From positions 5,080 through 69,079 of the forward strand of contig DATAOC010000020.1 of the NCBI GenBank assembly GCA_036265915.1: a stretch of DNA of 64,000 nucleotides. Direction: 5' to 3'. The number at the start of each line of letters is the position of its first letter. The first letter of the stretch is position 1. This stretch comes from Candidatus Methylomirabilota bacterium (GTDB taxonomy: Bacteria; Methylomirabilota; Methylomirabilia; Rokubacteriales; CSP1-6). Of the stretch, positions 44,277 to 52,871 are shown in pieces. The notes below the pieces were generated by a model. That model was not told the origin of the DNA. It did not search any database and was given only the letters and a program-made list of their open reading frames with translations. Position numbers and translations under genes: made by a program.

Positions 44277-44982
44277 GGTAGGCCTTCTCGACGGCGGGAT
44301 GCCTGACGATCTCCGCCGGCGTTCCCTCCGCGATGCGCTCGCCGGCGTCGAGCACGACGATTCGCTCGGAGAAGCGCATCACCGCCCGCATGATGTGCTC
44401 GATCATGATGATCGTGATCCCCTGCGCGCTCAGGCGGAACAGGATGGCGAGGATGTCATCGACCTCGGCGCTCGACAGGCCGGCCATCGCCTCGTCGGAG
44501 ATGAGCAGCTTCGGGCGCGCGGCCATGGCCCGGGCCAGCTCGAGCTTGCGCATCTCGATCTGGGTGAGCCCGGCCGGCCGCAGGTGCGCCTTGGCATGAA
44601 GCCCGATCTCGCGCAGGATGTCGGCGGCCTCCGCGGCGCCGCCGTGGCGCGCGTGGCCGGCGTACTCGAGCGGGATCTCGAGATTCTCGCGCACCGTCAT
44701 GCTGGTGAACGGCTTCGGAATCTGAAAGCTCCGCGCGATGCCGAGGCGGGTGCGCCGGTGCGGCGGCAGCGTCGTGATGTCCTGGCCGGCCAGGCGGATG
44801 CGCCCCTCGTCCGCGCGCAGCGAGCCGGCCACGCAGTTGATCAGCGTCGTCTTGCCGGAGCCGTTGGGCCCGATGAGGCCGAAGCGCTCGCCGGCCCGGA
44901 CCTCGAGCGTCACGCGGTTGAGCGCGGTGAAGCCGCCGAAGCGCTTCACCACGCCCTCGACCTCGAGCAGCGGCGCTGCCAT
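44266..44982 (-). CDS. livG: branched-chain amino acid-type ABC transporter ATP-binding protein (LivG-like)
   Basis: The start at ATG 44982 ('MAAPLLEVEGVVKRFGG') was chosen inside the longer track ORF. It has Walker A 'GPNGSGKTT' and Walker B 'LLISDEAMAG'. It overlaps livF by 11 nt. Confidence 0.9.
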   Translation of the reverse strand: MAAPLLEVEGVVKRFGGFTALNRVTLEVRAGERFGLIGPNGSGKTTLINCVAGSLRADEGRIRLAGQDITTLPPHRRTRLGIARSFQIPKPFTSMTVRENLEIPLEYAGHARHGGAAEAADILREIGLHAKAHLRPAGLTQIEMRKLELARAMAARPKLLISDEAMAGLSSAEVDDILAILFRLSAQGITIIMIEHIMRAVMRFSERIVVLDAGERIAEGTPAEIVRHPAVEKAYLGE

Positions 44983-44987
44983 CGCGT

Positions 44988-45923
44988 TCAGCGTCCTCGC
45001 AGCCGCCGCACGAGGCCCAGCAAACCCTCGGGCGCCAGGACCACGAAGCCGACCAGCACGACGCCGACGATGAAGAGGTTCAGCTCGGACGAGATCGTCA
45101 CCGTGGCCAGCTGCTGCGCGCTGCCGAGCAGGATGGCCCCGATGACGGGGCCGACCCAGCTGGTGGTGCCGCCGATCATCGGCATGGCGAGCGCGTTCAC
45201 GGCGTAATCCAGGTTGAAGGCGGAGTTCGGCTCCACGAACGTCACGTAGTACGGAAACGGTGCCCCGGCCACGCCGAGCAGAAAGCCGCTCACCGTCGTC
45301 GCGAAGAGCTTGAGCCGGAGCGTCGGCACGCCCATGCACTCGGCCGCCTCCTCGTTGTCTCGCAGCGCGGCCAGTCCGCGCCCGACCCACGACCGCTCGA
45401 TGAGGCGGGCCACGGTGACCGCGATCACGGCGAGCGCGAGCATGACGGTGAAGAGGAACACGACGTAGTTGCCGAACGGCGGCCCGGGCGGGCGGATGAC
45501 GCTGATGCCGCGCGAGCCACCCACGTACTCCCAGTTGATGATCATCGTCTGCAGCACCACCGAGAGCGCCAGCGTGGCGATGGAGAAGAACGTGCCGCGC
45601 AGACGCAGGGTGAGGTAGCCGATGCCGAGCCCGAGCAGGGCGGACACGAGGCCGCCGGCGAGGATGAGCACCGGCAGCGGCGCGTGCAGTGACCGGATGA
45701 GCGCCACCGCGGTGTAGGCGCCGAGCGCGAAGAAGGCGGGGGTGCCGAAGTTCACGTAGCCCGCGTAGCCGCCGAGGATATTCCACGCGGTCGCGATGAC
45801 GACATACTGCAGGATGACGTAGCCGGCGAAGTAGAGGTACGGATTCAGCCGCAGCGTGGCGAGCGCCACGCCGGCGGCGACGATCGCGGCCCCCGCCACC
45901 ACCGTGAGGCTCGCGCGTTGCAT
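44988..45923 (-). CDS. livM: branched-chain amino acid-type ABC transporter permease (LivM-like)
   Basis: It is a multi-TM protein with 'ILGGYAGYVNFGTPAFFALGAY' and 'ALRDNEEAAECMGV', typical of LivM. Confidence 0.85.
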   Translation of the reverse strand: MQRASLTVVAGAAIVAAGVALATLRLNPYLYFAGYVILQYVVIATAWNILGGYAGYVNFGTPAFFALGAYTAVALIRSLHAPLPVLILAGGLVSALLGLGIGYLTLRLRGTFFSIATLALSVVLQTMIINWEYVGGSRGISVIRPPGPPFGNYVVFLFTVMLALAVIAVTVARLIERSWVGRGLAALRDNEEAAECMGVPTLRLKLFATTVSGFLLGVAGAPFPYYVTFVEPNSAFNLDYAVNALAMPMIGGTTSWVGPVIGAILLGSAQQLATVTISSELNLFIVGVVLVGFVVLAPEGLLGLVRRLRGR

Positions 45924-46796
45924 CTAGCGGCCGAACAGTCCGGCCGGCCGCACGGCCAGGACGAGGAGGAGCACGCCGAACGACACCGCCTGTGACCACG
46001 AGGGACCGAAGAAGGTCGACATGAGGCTCTCGGTGATGCCGAGCATGACGGCCGCCACCAGCGTCCCGCCGATGCTGCCCATGCCGCCCAGCACGGTGAT
46101 CGCGAACATGCGGCCGATGTAGTCGCGGTCCGTCGACGGCACCACCGGCGCGATGGTGATGAGCAGCGCGCCGGCGAGGCTGGCGGCCGCGATGCCGATG
46201 CCGAAGGCGATCGTCTTGATCTGCACGGGATCCGCCCCCATCAGCCGCAGCGCGAGGCGGTCCTGCGAGACGGCCATGATGGCGCGCCCGTAGAACGTCC
46301 GGCCGAGGAAGACGTAGAGCGCCACCGTCATCGCGATGCCGACCACGCAGGGCACCAGGTAGCGATACGCGATGCCGACGCCGCCGATGTCGATGGACTT
46401 GCCGATGTAGGGGGCCTGCACGAGGCGATAGTCGACGCCGAACTTCAGGCTGAGGCTCACCTCGATGATGAAGAGAATGCCGAAGAAGAACACCAGCCCG
46501 CGCAGCGACTCCTCACCGCGCCGCTCGAAGCTGCCGTAGTAGACGCGGTACACGACGGCGCCGACGACATAGAACACCGGCGTGAACAGGATGCCGGTCA
46601 GGATGGGGTCGAGGCCGTAGGCGCCGTTCATCACGTAGGCGGCGTAGGCGCCCACGATCACGAACGCCGGCTGCGCGATGTTCGCGATGTCGAGCAGCCC
46701 GAAGATGAGACCCACGCCGAGGCTGACCGCCGCGTAGAAGCCGCCGATCAGCAGGCCGGCGACCACCGCGTTGGCCAGCAGGTCCCACGAGAACAC
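45924..46796 (-). CDS. livH: branched-chain amino acid-type ABC transporter permease (LivH-like)
   Basis: It has 'GLLIGGFYAAVSLGVGLIFG' and 'AMRAVSQD'-like 'IMAVSQDRLALRLMG'. It abuts livM with no gap. Confidence 0.85.
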   Translation of the reverse strand: MFSWDLLANAVVAGLLIGGFYAAVSLGVGLIFGLLDIANIAQPAFVIVGAYAAYVMNGAYGLDPILTGILFTPVFYVVGAVVYRVYYGSFERRGEESLRGLVFFFGILFIIEVSLSLKFGVDYRLVQAPYIGKSIDIGGVGIAYRYLVPCVVGIAMTVALYVFLGRTFYGRAIMAVSQDRLALRLMGADPVQIKTIAFGIGIAAASLAGALLITIAPVVPSTDRDYIGRMFAITVLGGMGSIGGTLVAAVMLGITESLMSTFFGPSWSQAVSFGVLLLVLAVRPAGLFGR

Positions 46797-46806
46797 GGGC
46801 CGCGCG

Positions 46807-48078
46807 CTACTTCAGCGCGGCCGAGTACGGATAGATGAGGCTGCCCGACTTGAACTCGTCGGGATAGAGCACGACCTTCTTGCCGGGACCGCGAAACTGG
46901 TCGATGCCGTTGCCGCTGATCTTCTGGTACTGGACCATGAGCGTGCGCGCCTTGGCCCACTCGCCGTTCTTGCCGAACCGGATCTTGCCGACGATGGTGC
47001 TGAACTCGTTGGCGCGGATGTGGTCGGCGATCTTCTGCTGGTCCAAACTCTTGGTGGCCTCCACCGCCTGGCCCAGGATCTGGACGGCCGAATACGCGTA
47101 CGGCGGCAGGTAGTACCCGAGCGGGTCGACGCCGGCCTTCTCCGCGCGCGCCTGGTACTCCTTCAGGAAGTCCTTGATTCCGGGGATCGCGAGGAAGGGA
47201 CCTTCCGGCGCCCAGAAATCGTAGTTCACGACGCCATTGAGCAGCGGCCCCATGCTCGTCATCACGCTCGTGAACATCAGCCCCACCATGCCGCCGCCGA
47301 AGATCTTCGGTTGCAGGCCGACCTCGTGGGCCGCCCGCAGCATGCCGACGGAGTCGGGCGGATACGAGGCCACGAACACGATGTCGGGGTTGGTGGCCTT
47401 GATGGCGCGGACGATCGGCGTGTAGTCGACCGTGCTCGGCGGATAGTTCCTGTCGTACACGACCTTCATGCCGAAGCGCTTGGCGAGCTCGCGCGCGCCC
47501 ACCATGGCGTTCTGCGGATACTCGGCGTCGGCGCCGACGAGGGCGACCGTTTGCGGCTTCGGCGTCTGCTTGGCGGCCAGCTCGAAGAAGCCGATGGCCG
47601 TGCTGATCTGCGGGTCGGGACCGGCCGGCTGGATCTGGAAGTAGTTCGGGTACTGGTATTTCTCGTTGTTGGCGAGACCCAGCATGCCCATGATCGTCAG
47701 CTTCCGCTCCATCGCGATCGGCAGCAGCGGCGCGATGAGATTGGTGCCGTAGCCCGAGATGACGAGATCGACCTTGTCGACGTCGAGCAGCTTCGTGTAG
47801 ATGCCGGGCACGGTCGCGGGATTCGTCTGGTCGTCGTAGAAGACGAGCTCGACCGGCCGGCCGAGCAGCCCGCCCTTCTTGTTCACGTCGTCCTTCCAGA
47901 TCTGGATGGCGAGCAGCGCGGGCTTGCCGTTGGCCGACAGCCCGCCCGTCAGCGCGATGCCGAACCCGAGCTTGATGGGATCCGCCGCGCGCGCGGTCAA
48001 CGCGCCGCCGGCGGCGACGAGCGCGACGAGGATTGCCGCGAGCACCCCGAGCATCCGCCGACGCCGAACGACCCTCAT
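46807..48078 (-). CDS. periplasmic substrate-binding protein of the Leu/Ile/Val (LivK) type
   Basis: ATG 48078 follows GAGG and gives the signal peptide 'MRVVRRRRMLGVLAAILVALVAAGGALTARA'. The mature start 'DPIKLGFGIALTGGLSANGKP' and 'VDLVISGYGT' are typical of this family. Confidence 0.85.
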   Translation of the reverse strand: MRVVRRRRMLGVLAAILVALVAAGGALTARAADPIKLGFGIALTGGLSANGKPALLAIQIWKDDVNKKGGLLGRPVELVFYDDQTNPATVPGIYTKLLDVDKVDLVISGYGTNLIAPLLPIAMERKLTIMGMLGLANNEKYQYPNYFQIQPAGPDPQISTAIGFFELAAKQTPKPQTVALVGADAEYPQNAMVGARELAKRFGMKVVYDRNYPPSTVDYTPIVRAIKATNPDIVFVASYPPDSVGMLRAAHEVGLQPKIFGGGMVGLMFTSVMTSMGPLLNGVVNYDFWAPEGPFLAIPGIKDFLKEYQARAEKAGVDPLGYYLPPYAYSAVQILGQAVEATKSLDQQKIADHIRANEFSTIVGKIRFGKNGEWAKARTLMVQYQKISGNGIDQFRGPGKKVVLYPDEFKSGSLIYPYSAALK

Positions 48079-48207
48079 CGTCGCCTCACTCTCTGCGCTG
48101 GATGGCGCGACCGCGTGACGTGGGCCCAAAGCTGCGCCCCGCGGGCGCGGGTTGTCAAGAGCGCGCTGCGCGGCGACCATAGCGGCCGCTCGCAAGGAGG
48201 GCACGCC

Positions 48208-49167
48208 ATGGAGACGGTGTCGCGACGAGGATGGCTGGGGACTGCAGGGTGGCTGGCCGCACTGACCGCACTGGGCGCGGCGGACATGCGGGGACCGGCG
48301 TCGGCGGACGCGCAGCCGCGCTCGGCGGACGGGCTGCTCGGCGCCCTGAAGACCGCGCGCCTGTTCGACCTGTCGTTCACATGGAACGATCAGTCGCCGG
48401 TGCTGTCGCTGAACCCGCCGTACTCGTTCGCGCTGAACCGGACGCACAAGATGACGTACGAGATCTACGGCCAGGTGCCCGGCAGCCGCGTGTCGTGGGC
48501 CTCGGACATCATGTACTTCAGCGGCCAGCACGGCGCGCCGACGATCGATGCGATCGGCCACATCGGCCGCGATCTGAAGCTGCACGGCGGCGTGGATGCG
48601 GTGGCGGCGACGTCCACGCCCGGCGGCATCGGCAACGACCTCGGCATCGACCATTTCCCCGTCGACCTGATGGTGAATCGCGCCGTGTTCCTCGACGTCG
48701 CGCGTCAGGTGGCGGGAGGCGGCGCCGACCCGCTGCCCGCGGGCTTCGAGATCACGGGCAAGCACCTCGACGACACGGCGGCCTCGCAGGCGGTCGACGT
48801 CCGCAAGGGGGACAGCGTGCTCATCCGCACGGGGTGGGGCCAGTTCTTCGGCAAGGACAACGCAAAGTTCCTTGGCGAGCAGTCGCCGGGCCCGGGGCAG
48901 GACGGCGCGAAGTGGATCATCGCCAAGGGCGCGCGCCTGGCGGGCGACGACACCGCCACCTTCGAGAAGCGGCCGGCCGCGTACGGCAAGGAGCTGTTCA
49001 GCGTGCACATGATGCTGCTCGCCGACAGCGGTATCTACATCGTCGAGAACATGAACCTCGAAGCGCTGTCGGCAGCGCGCGCGTACATCGTCGCCCTCAT
49101 CATCACGCCGCTGAAGATCCAGGGAGCGACCGGCTCGCCGCTGCGCGCCATCGCGCTGGCGCCCTAG
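48208..49167 (+). CDS. cyclase-family protein (kynurenine-formamidase-like fold) with a twin-arginine signal peptide
   Basis: The SD AAGGAGGG precedes ATG 48208. The signal is 'METVSRRGWLGTAGWLAALTALGAA'. 'SGQHGAPTIDAIGHIG' resembles the cyclase-family HxGTHxDxPxH block. Confidence 0.7.
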   Translation: METVSRRGWLGTAGWLAALTALGAADMRGPASADAQPRSADGLLGALKTARLFDLSFTWNDQSPVLSLNPPYSFALNRTHKMTYEIYGQVPGSRVSWASDIMYFSGQHGAPTIDAIGHIGRDLKLHGGVDAVAATSTPGGIGNDLGIDHFPVDLMVNRAVFLDVARQVAGGGADPLPAGFEITGKHLDDTAASQAVDVRKGDSVLIRTGWGQFFGKDNAKFLGEQSPGPGQDGAKWIIAKGARLAGDDTATFEKRPAAYGKELFSVHMMLLADSGIYIVENMNLEALSAARAYIVALIITPLKIQGATGSPLRAIALAP

Positions 49168-49185
49168 CCGTCAGCCCGCTGACGG
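49168..49185 (+). terminator. short GC hairpin immediately after the cyclase stop (weak intrinsic-terminator candidate)
   Basis: CCGTCAG (49168-49174) pairs with CTGACGG (49179-49185) around loop CCCG. It is followed by the T-poor 'TCGTGCCGTTTCG', so it is weak. Confidence 0.3.
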
Positions 49186-49312
49186 TCGTGCCGTTTCGCG
49201 TGCACCGATGCCCGGCTCCCGCTCGAGCGTCCCGAAAAACGCGAGAATCGGCAGATTTTTCGGCCGTTCGGCGCCGCCGCGGGTCCGGCAGCGCCGTTGC
49301 AACCCATCCTCA

Positions 49313-49338
49313 CCCCGGAGGGCCAGAACCCTCGGGGG
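49313..49338 (+). promoter_or_regulatory. 5'-leader hairpin overlapping the Shine-Dalgarno of the downstream small secreted-protein gene
   Basis: CCCCGGAGGG (49313-49322) pairs with CCCTCGGGGG (49329-49338) at 9 of 10 positions around loop CCAGAA. The 3' arm overlaps the SD GGGGGAGG (49334-49341), 5 nt before ATG 49347. Confidence 0.3.
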
Positions 49339-49346
49339 AGGCAACG

Positions 49347-49778
49347 ATGACGATCGGACGAGCCGTCGCGGCGCTCGGTCTTGCACTGGCGGTGTCCGGT
49401 ATGCCTGGCATGTCGCAGGCGCAGCAGGCGGCCGTGCCCACGCAAGCCGCGCACATCGAGGCAGCACAGAGGTTCCTCATGACGTGGGGTGCGCAGCGCT
49501 GGGACGACCTGCGTACCGTCACGGGTGACACGGTCGCCGTGAAGGTCGGGGACACCGCCTACACGCTCGACCCCGGCGCCCACCGGTCGGACGTGATGCT
49601 CACGCTGCCGTTCCGCGGACTGTCCACCGTCCGCACGGACGGCAAGGTCACCGGCGTGAAGGTCGACGAGCTCGTGCTGAAGGTCGGCGCCGGCGAGACG
49701 CGCGGTCCGGGCACCGTGCAGCTCGCGGAGGACAACGGCGTCTTCCGGGTGACCGGCATCACGGTCACCGCGCCGTAG
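49347..49778 (+). CDS. small secreted hypothetical protein (143 aa)
   Basis: The SD is GGGGGAGG and the signal peptide is 'MTIGRAVAALGLALAVSGMPGMSQA'. I recognised no family. Confidence 0.5.
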   Translation: MTIGRAVAALGLALAVSGMPGMSQAQQAAVPTQAAHIEAAQRFLMTWGAQRWDDLRTVTGDTVAVKVGDTAYTLDPGAHRSDVMLTLPFRGLSTVRTDGKVTGVKVDELVLKVGAGETRGPGTVQLAEDNGVFRVTGITVTAP

Positions 49779-51464
49779 CTAGATCGCTTCCTCGATGACG
49801 GCGGCCGGGCGGTCGTGTGTGTCCGCCCGCGCCGCCGTCGGCTTTTCCAGCCGGATCCTGCGCATGAACGGCAGCAGCAGCGTCATGCCGGCGAACATGA
49901 TGGCGAGCAGCCAGAAGTCGTCGGCGTACGCGAGCAGCTGCGCCTGCTCCACCGTCTCGCGATAGAGCATCGCCACCGCCTGACGGTCGGCCGTGAACCC
50001 ATCGCTGCCCTGGGCCACGAAGTGGCGCGCCCAGCGGGCCAGCCGCGCGGCCGTCTCACCGTCGAACGCGGTGATGTGACTCACCAGCGTCGACTGGTGG
50101 TATTGCGCCCGCTGCGCCAGCAGCGTGGTCGCGACCGCGATGCCGACGCTGCCGCCGACGTTGCGCATCATGCCGTACACCGCCGTCGCGTTCACGAGCT
50201 TGTCGCGCCGGATGGTGGCCAGCGTCAGCGTCGAGAGCGGCACGAAGATGAAGCCGATGGCGAAGCCCTGGATGAAGCGCGGCAACGCCAGCGCCCAGTA
50301 GTCCATGCCGAGCGTGAGCGACGTCATCATGTACAGGCTGGCCGCGTTCAGCAGACAGCCGAAGGCCAGCATGAAGCGCTGATCCACGCGCGTCACCAGG
50401 CCCGAGGCGAAGAGCGAGGCGATGTTGCCGAGCCCGCCGGGTGCGAGCACCAGCCCCGATGTCCACGCGTCGTAGCCGAGAAGCTTCTGCGTGAAGACGG
50501 CGACGAGCAGCATGCCGGAGAACATGCAGAAGCCGACGATGCAGATCAGCGTGACGCCGGTGGCAAAGTTGCGGTCGGAGAACACGGTGAGGTCGACGAT
50601 CGGCTCGGCGGCGAACAGCTCGCGGACGACGAATCCGGCGAGCGCGCACACGGCGACGATGCTCATGGCGATGATGACCGGCGAGTCGAACCAGTTCTCG
50701 CGCTCGCCGCGATCGAGCACCAGCTGCAGGCAGCCGAAGCCCGCGACCATGAGGCCCAGACCCCACCAGTCGACGCGCGCCGCGCGCCTGAGGTACGGCG
50801 GGTCGAACAGGCAGGCGCTCGCAAGAAAGAAGCCGACCACGCCGACCGGCAGGTTGATGTAGAAGATCCATCGCCACGACCACTCGTCGGCCAGGTATCC
50901 GCCGACCGTTGGCCCGAGGATCGGCCCCAGGATGAAGCCGAGCCCCCATACCGCCATGGCCAGGCCGCGCTGGTGGAATGGAAAGATCTCCCACAGGATC
51001 GCCTGCGACAGCGGGATGATCGGCCCGCCGCCGAGGCCCTGGAAGATGCGAGCGACGATGAGTGTGGGCAGGTCCGGCGCGATGCCCGACAGGAACGAGC
51101 TGGCAACGAACAGCGTGCAGCAGATCAGGAAGAACCGCTTGCGGCCGAAGTAGCCGGCGAGCCAGCCGCTGGCCGGAATGACGATCGCGTTGGCGGCCAG
51201 ATATGACGTGATCACCCATGAGACCTCGTCGAGCCCGGCCGACAGCGAGCCCTGGAGGTGCGGCAGGATCACGTTCGTCACGCTCGTGTCGAGGATCTGC
51301 ATGAACGCCACGACCATGACCGTCAGGGTGGTGAGCCACTTGCGGGCGGGTGAGACGGGCGGTGCGTCCGGTGCCGGGGCTGTCAGCGTCAGTGCTCGAG
51401 TGCGGTCGGGCGCAGGCCGAGCGGCAGCGCGATCTTGTAGTAGGACGCCAGAAAGCCATCCCAC
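49779..51464 (-). CDS. MFS transporter, DHA2/EmrB-like (14-TM drug:H+ antiporter type)
   Basis: It has 'FMQILDTSVTNVILPHLQGSLS', 'YFGRKRFFLICCTLFVASSFLSG' and 'IVARIFQGLGGGPIIPLSQAIL'. The start is uncertain. GTG 51464 (weak AGGA 3 nt upstream) preserves TM1 but overlaps the upstream gene by 76 nt. The first ATG (51317) would truncate TM1. CTG 51392 would give a CTGA overlap. Confidence 0.75.
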   Translation of the reverse strand: MGWLSGVLLQDRAAARPAPDRTRALTLTAPAPDAPPVSPARKWLTTLTVMVVAFMQILDTSVTNVILPHLQGSLSAGLDEVSWVITSYLAANAIVIPASGWLAGYFGRKRFFLICCTLFVASSFLSGIAPDLPTLIVARIFQGLGGGPIIPLSQAILWEIFPFHQRGLAMAVWGLGFILGPILGPTVGGYLADEWSWRWIFYINLPVGVVGFFLASACLFDPPYLRRAARVDWWGLGLMVAGFGCLQLVLDRGERENWFDSPVIIAMSIVAVCALAGFVVRELFAAEPIVDLTVFSDRNFATGVTLICIVGFCMFSGMLLVAVFTQKLLGYDAWTSGLVLAPGGLGNIASLFASGLVTRVDQRFMLAFGCLLNAASLYMMTSLTLGMDYWALALPRFIQGFAIGFIFVPLSTLTLATIRRDKLVNATAVYGMMRNVGGSVGIAVATTLLAQRAQYHQSTLVSHITAFDGETAARLARWARHFVAQGSDGFTADRQAVAMLYRETVEQAQLLAYADDFWLLAIMFAGMTLLLPFMRRIRLEKPTAARADTHDRPAAVIEEAI

Positions 51465-52183
51465 CAGTCCTGCCGCTCGCCGCCGCGCGCCACCTCGACG
51501 AACAGCTGGAGGCTCTCGTCCTGCCACTGCTGGATGACATCGAGGTTGTCGGGATCGTCCTCGATGAGCGCCTTGACCAGCGCACGCGCGAAGCTGATGT
51601 GGCGTGTCTCGTCCCGCACGCGCGCGCGATGATTGAGGGCGGAAAAGAGGTCGCCCCGTGCCTCCGCGCCGTCCGCGAGCACGGCAAAGGTGCCGGGGCC
51701 GGCCGCGCCCTCGGCCACGAAGTTCGCCTTCACGATGATCTCGAAGCTGTCGTCCAGCTCGAGGACGTGGCGAAAGAACCGGCAGGTGGTGCCGGGCGCC
51801 TCCCAGGCCGCGAGCCAGTCCGCTTCCGGGATGCGAGCGTGCTCGAACACCTCGCGATCCATCTCGAGATGCCGCTGCTCGTCCGCCAGCTGGAACAGGC
51901 AGCACTTCTTCAGCTCGTCGAACGGTGCGTTCGCCGCCGCGGTCGCGACATAATGCGTGGCCGACAGCTCGGAGTAATAGTTGTTGGCGAACTGGTCGAC
52001 GGCGCGCTCCAGATACCGGCGCGAGACGCTGCGGTACTCGAGCGCCTCCTGTGGCAGCGTCGCGCGCTCCGCGAGATAGCGCTCGCGCTCGCGCGCCTGC
52101 AGCGCGACGTAACGCTCCCAGCTGAGATTGGCCGGGTCCTTGAACAGGCCGGGATCCTTCAGGACGATGCGCCGGCGGCTCAT
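51389..52183 (-). CDS. ferritin-like diiron-carboxylate protein (AurF/R2-like oxygenase fold, function unknown)
   Basis: There are two E-x-x-H motifs in helical contexts, 'LADEQRHLEMD' and 'VRDETRHISFA', plus additional acidic residues ('NFVAEGAAG'). There is no signal peptide. Confidence 0.5.
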   Translation of the reverse strand: MSRRRIVLKDPGLFKDPANLSWERYVALQARERERYLAERATLPQEALEYRSVSRRYLERAVDQFANNYYSELSATHYVATAAANAPFDELKKCCLFQLADEQRHLEMDREVFEHARIPEADWLAAWEAPGTTCRFFRHVLELDDSFEIIVKANFVAEGAAGPGTFAVLADGAEARGDLFSALNHRARVRDETRHISFARALVKALIEDDPDNLDVIQQWQDESLQLFVEVARGGERQDWWDGFLASYYKIALPLGLRPTALEH

Positions 52184-52283
52184 GCGCGCCTCCAGTGACC
52201 GGTACAGTAGGCAGGCAACGCAGGTGTGTCAAACGCGCTGCGAGCGGCGAGAGGGCGTTGCACCCTCTCGCCGCGGCGGCACT

Positions 52284-52871
52284 CTACAGGGCGGCGATGA
52301 TCTGGTTCAGAAGCGCCACGAGCTGCGTCAGCAGCGCGTTGAGCCCCAGACCGCCGTTCAGCAGATTGGCGACCGCACACAGAAGGTTGCCGAGCAGGTT
52401 GCCCGGGCCCGGCACGGCCACGATGTCGAGCACGACCTGATCGAGATGAATTGTCAGGCCGAGGAGATTGAGATCGAGCGGACCGAGCACGAGGTTGAGA
52501 ATGTCGCAGCCGGCCTGCGGCTGTGCAAGGGCCGCAGCACCGCCCGTTCCGGACAGGTCAAAGCCGTTGATGCTCTTCACCGGGATTTTGACTTGCTGCA
52601 CGGCCGCCTGCGCCACGCCATCACCTGCTGCGGTAGCAATGGTCGCGGTCCCGACGGCGAGGATGGTATTGCCGCTACGTTCGAATCCGGTGATCCTGAG
52701 TGTGCCGCTGAACGGGGTGGGGTTGGCGCCGGTTGACGTCCCGGTTATTGGAACGGTGAGCGCATTTGCCTTGCTGTTGCCTTGCGCGCCAGCATCGAGC
52801 GGCAGAACCAGCGCGAACGTGACAGCCAAGACGAGGCTGATAGCCATCGAACGCTTCCATAGTGAGTGCAT
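52284..52871 (-). CDS. secreted hypothetical protein with a Leu/Asn/Gly-rich C-terminal region
   Basis: The SD GAGGAGG precedes ATG 52871. The signal peptide is 'MHSLWKRSMAISLVLAVTFALVLPLDAGAQG'. The C-terminal half is 'CDILNLVLGPLDLNLLGLTIHLDQVVLDIVAVPGPGNLLGNLLCAVANLLNGGLGLNALLTQLVALLNQIIAAL'. Confidence 0.55.
   Translation of the reverse strand: MHSLWKRSMAISLVLAVTFALVLPLDAGAQGNSKANALTVPITGTSTGANPTPFSGTLRITGFERSGNTILAVGTATIATAAGDGVAQAAVQQVKIPVKSINGFDLSGTGGAAALAQPQAGCDILNLVLGPLDLNLLGLTIHLDQVVLDIVAVPGPGNLLGNLLCAVANLLNGGLGLNALLTQLVALLNQIIAAL

Noticed and set aside
48079-48207. A sigma70 promoter call from TTGTCA at 48152-48157 in the livK/cyclase divergent region.
   Set aside because: No acceptable -10 hexamer occurs at 16-19 nt spacing (GACCAT, ACCATA, CCATAG), so no promoter feature was reported.
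51386-51392. A CTG start codon for the MFS transporter forming a CTGA overlap with the diiron gene stop, by analogy with the many GTGA/ATGA junctions.
   Set aside because: - CTG initiation is rare and there is no SD upstream.
- An in-frame GTG at 51464 with a weak AGGA is a more conventional candidate.
- It is left as an alternative in the feature note.
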